A stretch of 64,000 nt of DNA. Source: Escherichia phage ECML-359. The stretch is taken from sequence record OL631482.1; one strand, written 5' to 3'. The notes under the pieces are model-generated. The model ran no database searches. It had not been told where the DNA came from and saw only the letters and a list, made by a program, of their open reading frames with translations. Each line of letters begins with the position of its first letter. Position 1 is the stretch's first letter. Positions 57,553 through 64,000 of this stretch are shown here, in pieces. The position numbers and the translations under genes were made by a program.

Positions 57553-57852
57553 TTAGAAAGAACCAGAACCTTTAATTGTGTTCTGGCGACCTTTATTTTC
57601 TAATTCAGAATGGTCGATTTCGTATGCTTGTGCTACACCAAAGGCCTTTTTAACTTTAGCTAAAGAACCTTTAGATGTAACAATATTAAAAGTATTGCCT
57701 TTAGTAAAATCAACCAAATCCACTTGTACACCCTGTTTACCGAGGCTTGCTACAATAGCATCAACATATTGTTGGTCTAAAGTACCTTGGACTCCAATTT
57801 GGAATGCTTTAGGGGCTTTGGCTTCTGTGATAAATTCTTGATAAGTTTTCAT
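57553..57852 (-). CDS. internal protein (IP) paralog with capsid-targeting N-terminus
   Basis: N-terminus MKTYQEFITEA matches T4 IPII/IPIII capsid targeting sequence. Confidence 0.6.
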   Translation of the reverse strand: MKTYQEFITEAKAPKAFQIGVQGTLDQQYVDAIVASLGKQGVQVDLVDFTKGNTFNIVTSKGSLAKVKKAFGVAQAYEIDHSELENKGRQNTIKGSGSF

Positions 57853-57906
57853 TTATTCTCTCCAAGTTGATGGGATAATTATACACTATCCCATCATAAA
57901 GTAAAC
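57853..57906 (-). promoter_or_regulatory. PeSL-like early promoter cassette (GTTTAC -35, TATAAT -10)
   Basis: TGTTTAC ... GGGATAGTGTATAATTATCCCATCAACTTGGAGAGAATAA. Confidence 0.55.
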
Positions 57907-57908
57907 AG

Positions 57909-58211
57909 TTATGCTTTACCGCCAGAAACAATACCAAAGGTCTCAAAGTCCCATTCAATATCATCAACATCAACTTTCTTACCAGCAACAACAAATGCGA
58001 TTTCACGGCGTTTTGCATAGGTGACAATTTCTTTACCATCACCGCCAAAGAAAGAATACCCATTACGCTTCATGGTGCCAAAGTCTTCAGCATCGCCAGC
58101 AAAGGCGCGAACTTTAAAAGCACCAGTAGGAGCTTTGGCAGATTCAGTAATAAATTCTTGATAAGTTTTCATTTTATATTCCATTGTTTGGTTGATAAAA
58201 TCATTATACAA
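57909..58211 (-). CDS. internal protein (IP) paralog
   Basis: N-terminus MKTYQEFITES; tandem with 57553-57852. Confidence 0.6.
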   Translation of the reverse strand: MYNDFINQTMEYKMKTYQEFITESAKAPTGAFKVRAFAGDAEDFGTMKRNGYSFFGGDGKEIVTYAKRREIAFVVAGKKVDVDDIEWDFETFGIVSGGKA

Positions 58212-58220
58212 CCTTTTTAG

Positions 58221-58637
58221 TTAAGCGTACACAGCTTTCCCATAGTATTTGTACCAGGTAGGCTTTTGAGAAATTTTCTCATTCAGTCTGGCTTGACTGA
58301 TTTCAATTGACCAGATTGATGGTTGATAATCATTCTTCCATTCATCAGGAATATCATTTAAATCTTGTGTAGAAATATCTTTTATGTTAAACCCTCGCTT
58401 TAAACATTCCGCAATAAGTTCTTGATGCCGGTTTTTAAGGAACAAAAGCTTATCATAAAAGAAGGTGACATGACCAGTCCCTAAAAGAAAAGATGATGGG
58501 ATTTTAAAGTCAGACACCTTTTTACCATTTTGCACATGCTTACGAACAGCGCCAAAAACGCGAGGAAGTTCACGATATTCAGCCATAAGATGTTGGTCAG
58601 CGAGTTCAGATACCAGGGTTAAATTAATGCGAGTCAT
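58221..58637 (-). CDS. denV: endonuclease V DenV (138 aa)
   Basis: N-terminus [26 protein letters not shown] matches T4 DenV; same length. Confidence 0.85.
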   Translation of the reverse strand: MTRINLTLVSELADQHLMAEYRELPRVFGAVRKHVQNGKKVSDFKIPSSFLLGTGHVTFFYDKLLFLKNRHQELIAECLKRGFNIKDISTQDLNDIPDEWKNDYQPSIWSIEISQARLNEKISQKPTWYKYYGKAVYA

Positions 58638-58693
58638 GTTTGTTCTCCGTAGTTGATAGGGTCATTATAACCCTATCATTTGGAGATGTACAC
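58638..58693 (-). promoter_or_regulatory. PeSL-like early promoter cassette
   Basis: GTGTACA ... GATAGGGTTATAATGACCCTATC stem-loop ... AACTACGGAGAACAAA. Confidence 0.6.
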
Positions 58694-59181
58694 TAATATG
58701 CGTCAAAAGTTCCGGTACGGAACGTTTCTATAACTCGTTTGGCTCGGTTCGGAGTCTGGACTTTATACCATCTTGAGTCCGCCAGTTCCTTGGCAGCCGC
58801 TTCCCATGATTTAGCCTTCAGTAATCGCATACCCTTAGGAAAACCAGCAACACCAGCAACACCCATCTGGAATACCATATTAATGAGTGCACAACGACGA
58901 ACTTCATCCAGTACATCATAAACAGGTTTTAAGACAGGATGCCTCAAGATTCCGGCTTTAGCCTTTTCGACCGAACGGTTAAACAGTGTTTCGGCTTCGT
59001 GCTGGGTTATACGACCATTACAAACGCGACCCATGAGCTTATCGAGCTCGGCGCGAGCAACATCTTTAGATGGGTTCTTAGTTATCAGTTGCCCGATGCC
59101 AATGGTCCAATAGCCTTCAGTATCTTTATACAAATCCAACTTACAACCTTCATCTATACGTAACATTTCGAATATATTCAT
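58693..59181 (-). CDS. e: lysozyme e (endolysin, 162 aa)
   Basis: [12 protein letters not shown]...[13 protein letters not shown]...[12 protein letters not shown] matches T4 lysozyme including catalytic E11/D20. Confidence 0.9.
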   Translation of the reverse strand: MNIFEMLRIDEGCKLDLYKDTEGYWTIGIGQLITKNPSKDVARAELDKLMGRVCNGRITQHEAETLFNRSVEKAKAGILRHPVLKPVYDVLDEVRRCALINMVFQMGVAGVAGFPKGMRLLKAKSWEAAAKELADSRWYKVQTPNRAKRVIETFRTGTFDAY

Positions 59182-59183
59182 AA

Positions 59184-59205
59184 TACCCCCTTATATAGGG
59201 GTATT
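59184..59205. other. hairpin CCCCT-tatat-AGGGG between nudE and e
   Basis: Inverted repeat immediately upstream of e start. Confidence 0.4.
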
Positions 59206-59207
59206 TA

Positions 59208-59666
59208 TTATCCGAAAATTTGAGTCATTACCTTGTACATCGATTTGCCCATCACATACTGCCATTGACTCGGTTTAATCAGAGCAAATGCATCGAACTC
59301 TGGAACCGAACTACCATCCGGGAAGGTATGATAGGCAGAGCATTTACTATGTCTGAACTGCTCATGCTCGACCGGAACCGTGTACAGAAACAGGTGAAGA
59401 TTTTTGTTATCTGAATAACGGAATTCACCCAGGTCCTTTAAGAATGCTGGGTCATATTGGGTAAACCCGGTTTCTTCTTCGGTTTCACGGATAGCAGCTT
59501 CAATCGGGGATTCACCAGCTTCAACATGACCCTTAGGGATGTCCCATTTGTGTGCAGGCATACCTGGTTTACGAGAACCAGTCACACGACCCATGAATAA
59601 CTCTTTATCTTCAGTCATGAAAATAATGCCGGCGGATAATTCTTTCACCTTGTTTTTCTTACTCAT
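59208..59666 (-). CDS. nudE: Nudix hydrolase NudE
   Basis: Nudix box GHVEAGESPIEAAIRETEEETG; e.1 position. Confidence 0.75.
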   Translation of the reverse strand: MSKKNKVKELSAGIIFMTEDKELFMGRVTGSRKPGMPAHKWDIPKGHVEAGESPIEAAIRETEEETGFTQYDPAFLKDLGEFRYSDNKNLHLFLYTVPVEHEQFRHSKCSAYHTFPDGSSVPEFDAFALIKPSQWQYVMGKSMYKVMTQIFG

Positions 59667-59895
59667 CGTCACGTTTCCATGATTGGTTAAAAATATCACT
59701 CATTAAAAATTCAAGTCTATTTTCCAATGAAGGAGATTCACTATCAGAAGTTTGAATTCTGTATTCAGAAATCGGGCGGAACATATCTAAGTCAGTTTCT
59801 AAATCATCTTTGATTTTCTCTTCTGATGTACCAGTATCATAGGAATACAGATAAGAATCACATGACTCGGATTTAATATAAATTGCAATACTCAT
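59659..59895 (-). CDS. hypothetical protein (78 aa)
   Basis: Minus ORF (e.2 position). Confidence 0.4.
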   Translation of the reverse strand: MSIAIYIKSESCDSYLYSYDTGTSEEKIKDDLETDLDMFRPISEYRIQTSDSESPSLENRLEFLMSDIFNQSWKRDDE

Positions 59896-60479
59896 TTACG
59901 GCATTCCTCAATAAAGGAGTTCAATGTATTTTTCTTAGTGATATCGTCATATACCTTTTTAACTTTAGAAATACGAAAAGGTACTTCAATAACCATAGTC
60001 CATAAAAATGATGCAATAAGCCCAGCGAGAGCAGTAGAAAAGCACGCACCCATTACAGCTACGGGTGCTTCATTTTTGCCTGTCAAGAAAAACCACAGAA
60101 ACGGTAAAAATAAGATTCCAGCCCAGGCATAAAACCTGGAACAAATTAACTTATCAAATTCATCACTCCAGGTACGAAATCCATATTTCTTGCTATAAGA
60201 AATTAATGGGTCTGGTGTCTGTTCTTTGAGCGGTTCTGGTTGATGCCCATTAATAATGTATCCCATTTTATATTCCTTAATTAAAAGCTCTTTCACATGA
60301 CGATTGCATCGCGACCAATCAACATTTTCCACCTTGATTCCTTCATCACCATCATCAAGGTTCGCCCAATATTTTTTGGTAATCATAAATTCATCTCTTG
60401 ATACAATTATACCTGCATTTTCTGCCCGGCGGATGAAGTTTACATCAACACCCATGCACCCGGGCTCATAAAGGGCCAT
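59892..60479 (-). CDS. hypothetical protein (195 aa) with two C-terminal TM helices
   Basis: Hydrophobic segments ILFLPFLWFFL and AGLIASFLWTMVI. Confidence 0.4.
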   Translation of the reverse strand: MALYEPGCMGVDVNFIRRAENAGIIVSRDEFMITKKYWANLDDGDEGIKVENVDWSRCNRHVKELLIKEYKMGYIINGHQPEPLKEQTPDPLISYSKKYGFRTWSDEFDKLICSRFYAWAGILFLPFLWFFLTGKNEAPVAVMGACFSTALAGLIASFLWTMVIEVPFRISKVKKVYDDITKKNTLNSFIEECRK

Positions 60480-61171
60480 TACCAGCCCTCCATAGGGAAT
60501 TCCAGATATACTTGAGCATTAACGCGGATTTCATTTGTAATCTTTTTAACACGGTCAGTATTACGAGACACACGACCAAACCAGCGCCACCCGTTACTTA
60601 CTGCGCGAGAACCTGTATGCCATGTCTGCCAATCAAACTGGAGCAATGTGCGGTCAGGAGCATCCCACTTGGTTAATTCATTGGACTCAATTTTTTCCAG
60701 AACTTCTTTATGCCACTGACGATAGATAAGTTCGCCTTCAGGAATCTGACTAAATTGTGCAGTTCCGGTTGCAAAATAAGTAGGACACACATCAGCGTTA
60801 ACAAGACCAAGAATATGTTCAGAATGGTAACGAGGATTATCATAATCAGGTTGCCCTGCGGTAATAAAGTGTTGACCCACCGGAATATCCGGACGTGGTA
60901 CATCGTCATGGTGATAACCTGGGATAGCAGGATACCAACCAGGCATCAGCATATGAACCCGAGAATCAAACACCAAATTATCGGGGCCATCAGTCCATTC
61001 TTTTGGTAGGTTATCAAGAAAACTGCGCGTGATTGGACCACCATGCTCATACGCAAATTCTGGATAGCAGTTAAAGAACATTGGTTCATTTTTGATTTGG
61101 TCATTTTGTACGTTATGTGCAAAACCACCAACTGCACGAGCTTGACTATTAAAAGTTTTCGGACCGTTCAT
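60479..61171 (-). CDS. hypothetical protein (230 aa) with HHDD...H cluster
   Basis: GYHHDDVP ... YHSEHILG, possible metal-binding site. Confidence 0.4.
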   Translation of the reverse strand: MNGPKTFNSQARAVGGFAHNVQNDQIKNEPMFFNCYPEFAYEHGGPITRSFLDNLPKEWTDGPDNLVFDSRVHMLMPGWYPAIPGYHHDDVPRPDIPVGQHFITAGQPDYDNPRYHSEHILGLVNADVCPTYFATGTAQFSQIPEGELIYRQWHKEVLEKIESNELTKWDAPDRTLLQFDWQTWHTGSRAVSNGWRWFGRVSRNTDRVKKITNEIRVNAQVYLEFPMEGW

Positions 61172-61228
61172 AATATTTTCCTCATTGATTGTGGGACCAT
61201 TGTGTCATAGTCCCACTTGGATGTACAC
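61172..61228 (-). promoter_or_regulatory. PeSL-like early promoter cassette with stem-loop GTGGGAC...GTCCCAC
   Basis: GTGTACA ... stem-loop ... AATCAATGAGGAAAA. Confidence 0.5.
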
Positions 61229-61230
61229 AA

Positions 61231-62190
61231 TTATTTTTCGAAAGGACGAATTAAATGCTGGTTAGCTTTGAAACGTTTAACATAGTCTTCATGACCCAGG
61301 GTGTTGTACATATTAACCACTTCCTGGTAATGTTCCCAGGCATACTCGCGGAACCATCCAGAAGTAATGGAGGTGCAGACTTTTTCCAGCGCAATATTGA
61401 AGCTCACGGATGGAGAGATATTGAACTCATTGGGAACCTGCGAACGCTCCAGAGCGAGTACACATGCTTCTTCATAAACCCCTGCCAGTTTAATAATCTC
61501 AGGGAGTGCTTCAAATTTTTCACGCGAGGTCATAACTTCTGAATCATCCTTCATATAGAACTTATATGCAGGCTTATCAGCAAGCGCCACGGCCTCGTGG
61601 ATGGAGTCATGGTCAAGGGTATAGATTGTATCATTAAAGAAAGTTTTCTTGCCCACGTCTAGTTTAGGGTGACTATATGACAATGTTTCTGCCTGGCGCT
61701 GCAGCATGATTTTATGCAGTTCGTCATTAAGAACAACACCCTTATTGCGAAGGTAATTAATATGACTCATTGTCTTCAGGAAGAATGGATTGTTCTTCAG
61801 GTAACGATGAGACAGTTTAATTGCCAGACAAATATCAGGAGTCGCCCAATAGAAACCTGTAAGACGGTCTTTCTTAATATGATTTTCAGCGTATTTCAAG
61901 AGACGATAACTTGAGGTGAAATCTTCATCTTGAAGCTCACCAGTAATTTCTCGTACGTTAGTCAGGGCACGGACAATATAAGCTTCAAAATAGGTTTCTT
62001 TTCCATTGTACATACATTTAAAAGCTTGGACATCAGGGTTATCCACAGGAACATGAGCACCGAACATACGTGCTTTAAAGTGGTTCCAGGAGCCCTGGTC
62101 AGCGATAAAGTCCCAATCAGAGTTTTCAATTTTCTGACTTTCAATCAGACCAGCGTTATGTAATGCACGAGAACCAATAACTAACATCAT
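61231..62190 (-). CDS. hypothetical protein (319 aa)
   Basis: Minus ORF. Confidence 0.45.
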   Translation of the reverse strand: MMLVIGSRALHNAGLIESQKIENSDWDFIADQGSWNHFKARMFGAHVPVDNPDVQAFKCMYNGKETYFEAYIVRALTNVREITGELQDEDFTSSYRLLKYAENHIKKDRLTGFYWATPDICLAIKLSHRYLKNNPFFLKTMSHINYLRNKGVVLNDELHKIMLQRQAETLSYSHPKLDVGKKTFFNDTIYTLDHDSIHEAVALADKPAYKFYMKDDSEVMTSREKFEALPEIIKLAGVYEEACVLALERSQVPNEFNISPSVSFNIALEKVCTSITSGWFREYAWEHYQEVVNMYNTLGHEDYVKRFKANQHLIRPFEK

Positions 62191-62381
62191 AATATTTTCC
62201 TCATTAGTAAAGACGAGTTACTTCATATTTTCCAAGTGCCGATTTTTTCGCTTCAATTCGTGAGGCAGCAAGATTGGCGGCCTCTAGTGAAGAAAATTGA
62301 ACCACTTGAGAAGTATTCTGTCTTACTCCACCTTGCGGGTGAGTGACAAAAACAATAAGAACATTATACATAATATTTTCC

Positions 62382-62582
62382 TCAAATAATACCGTATGCG
62401 TAAATATCTCTTTTAATGCAGGAAACTACTTCTTCCAAAGAATCACAAACACGTTCTGTGGCGCCTGCGTAATCACCACTGATGGTTACTTTAATACCAT
62501 CAGAAACTTCCTGGAGATTAACCTCCAGTTGGTTGACTTTGGCTTCGTTCAGAACTTTGATTAATTCGTTTGCGATAGACAT
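62382..62582 (-). CDS. hypothetical protein (66 aa)
   Basis: Minus ORF with PeSL upstream. Confidence 0.4.
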   Translation of the reverse strand: MSIANELIKVLNEAKVNQLEVNLQEVSDGIKVTISGDYAGATERVCDSLEEVVSCIKRDIYAYGII

Positions 62583-62662
62583 TTTTATTCTCCTGTTCTG
62601 ATAACGCGATTGTCATCAGTTGATAGGAGTATAGTAACACAGTTTTTTAGACTTGTATACTG
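62583..62662 (-). promoter_or_regulatory. PeSL-like early promoter cassette (divergent copy)
   Basis: GTATACAAG ... CTATCAACTGATGACAATCGCGTTATCAGAACAGGAGAATAA. Confidence 0.45.
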
Positions 62663-62991
62663 CTTCTACAATATTCTAAAAATAATTTATCGTTGTCTAC
62701 CTTATCCCAACGACGCCAAGATGGATTCCAGACCAGAGCGTTGTCACCGCAATCATTGAGCTTAAAGTGGTCGTAGTACATAGCTATATGTCTGGTTTCG
62801 TCACCAGAGAACCCCAGTATATGCTCACCGTGGGTATGATACATATGATGATGCATTGAGAGGTCGCATTTGTAAAACATCTCACGTTTACCACGAACGA
62901 ACAAGAAGGCTTGCCCATTCATATAGAATTCTTTATCTGTTTTCAAAAGATATTTGAATACCGAATCTTTATGCATAATTCCTCCTACCAC
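62647..62991 (-). CDS. hypothetical protein (114 aa)
   Basis: Minus ORF. Confidence 0.4.
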   Translation of the reverse strand: MVGGIMHKDSVFKYLLKTDKEFYMNGQAFLFVRGKREMFYKCDLSMHHHMYHTHGEHILGFSGDETRHIAMYYDHFKLNDCGDNALVWNPSWRRWDKVDNDKLFLEYCRSSIQV

Positions 62992-63006
62992 ATCCTTGTG
63001 ATTAAA

Positions 63007-63234
63007 TTATTTTCCTAACGAAATACGAGTAGGTTTTTTACCGAAATATTCTTCATAGGAACCATCTAAACGACCCGCTTTAGACCGACAATACGAATCA
63101 TACTTTTTGTAATAAGTCAACTCGTTATTATAACGTGGATGTCTATCAGCCATAATAATACTTAATGGCCAACCTTTGGCATAATCACGAAGACCATTTA
63201 TTTTACGAATATATCTTTTCTTTAATTTTAGCAT
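63007..63234 (-). CDS. hypothetical protein (75 aa)
   Basis: Minus ORF. Confidence 0.4.
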   Translation of the reverse strand: MLKLKKRYIRKINGLRDYAKGWPLSIIMADRHPRYNNELTYYKKYDSYCRSKAGRLDGSYEEYFGKKPTRISLGK

Positions 63235-63452
63235 GAGCTCGGGTGCCAGATTTTACCGTCAGGTTGAGCAACGAAGGTACGACCAGCTTCTTCACCATAA
63301 CAAGAGCTGTTCAGCCAGTCTTCAAGACGAACCTCACCATCATATTCGTCAAGCTCAATACCGAAATCTTGAGCGTTAGCCATATCTTTTACTTTCTTAT
63401 ACAATGCAGCCAGTTCAAGTGCTGCTTTTTCTAATTCATTAATATCAGACAT
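63228..63452 (-). CDS. hypothetical protein (74 aa)
   Basis: Minus ORF. Confidence 0.4.
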   Translation of the reverse strand: MSDINELEKAALELAALYKKVKDMANAQDFGIELDEYDGEVRLEDWLNSSCYGEEAGRTFVAQPDGKIWHPSSC

Positions 63453-63461
63453 TTTTATTCC

Positions 63462-63674
63462 TTAGCATTCGTAAGAGGATGATACCCAAGAGGTACCACT
63501 AATAGTAATACAACCGTTATAAAGCGTGATATGTCGTTCTAAGTCACGAACACCATCAATGTAGATATCAGCTTCTTCGCGTTCTTCTTTACAAATCTGG
63601 ATAACGTTTTCAATAGCTGCCGCGGCAGTACGGATTGCACAATCTAATTCACGAGACATATAATTCCTTAACAT
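63462..63674 (-). CDS. small protein ending WVSSSYEC (70 aa)
   Basis: Member of tandem family with conserved C-terminal tail. Confidence 0.45.
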   Translation of the reverse strand: MLRNYMSRELDCAIRTAAAAIENVIQICKEEREEADIYIDGVRDLERHITLYNGCITISGTSWVSSSYEC

Positions 63675-63949
63675 TCAGAAGAGGAGGACACCCAACCGCC
63701 ATTTTCCAGGTCAGTTGTATAGTCATGAGTGTTAACAATAGCCCATTCAGGATGACCATGTTCTTCCCAATGAGCAAGGTCAGCTTTCAAGGCGCCAGGA
63801 GAATAATAGTCACCGCCCATACCGCGAGCAGGGTATATATTAAAATGAGTCTCATATTTGTTTGCGATTTCCTCGGCACGACGAATAGCTTTATGGATAT
63901 CATTTACTGCGTTAGCCAGTTCTTTATTTTTACGGTAATCATTCATCAT
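63668..63949 (-). CDS. small protein ending WVSSSSEC (93 aa)
   Basis: Member of tandem family; a third copy (…AWVSSSAMC) begins at 63958 and runs off the window. Confidence 0.45.
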   Translation of the reverse strand: MMNDYRKNKELANAVNDIHKAIRRAEEIANKYETHFNIYPARGMGGDYYSPGALKADLAHWEEHGHPEWAIVNTHDYTTDLENGGWVSSSSEC

Positions 63950-64000
63950 AGCGTTTCCTTAGCACATTGCCGAAGAGGAGACCCAAGCACCAACTGTAAC

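Overview
This window is the early-gene arm of a T4-like (Straboviridae/Tevenvirinae-type) phage genome, colinear with the T4 map from rIIA (stop codon at positions 2-4) through lysozyme e and nudE. Almost every gene is on the minus strand and tightly packed, often with ATGA-type stop/start overlaps. Recognisable core genes: rIIA, topoisomerase gp39 (fused with the gp60-equivalent region), dexA, dda, srd-like, modA/modB ADP-ribosyltransferases, soc, MazG-like gp56, primase 61, spackle, dmd-like, helicase 41, 40, uvsX, imm, DNA polymerase 43, regA, clamp loader 62/44, clamp 45, 46/47, sigma factor 55, nrdH/nrdG/nrdD (no intron), endonuclease VII, nrdC, rI, tk, regB, two internal-protein paralogs, denV, e and nudE. 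The canonical hmC genes (42, beta-gt, alpha-gt) are missing from their usual slots. About 17 copies of a roughly 60-70 bp early promoter plus stem-loop cassette (PeSL-like) punctuate the accessory regions, together with MotA-box middle promoters, TATAAATA late promoters and hairpin terminators. The most interesting candidates are: (1) a plus-strand collagen-like (G-X-Y) gene at 47430-48176, (2) a pol-beta-type nucleotidyltransferase translationally coupled to a polytopic membrane protein at 48395-49854, (3) a macro-domain protein at 53883-54347 in a genome that also encodes ModA/ModB, coupled to secreted proteins including an SLT-like transglycosylase, (4) tandem duplications at gene junctions, and (5) a family of small genes with a conserved C-terminal WVSSSxEC tail. 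All identifications are from reading the translations and sequence motifs; no database search was run, and coordinates of features I derived myself may be off by 1-2 nt.
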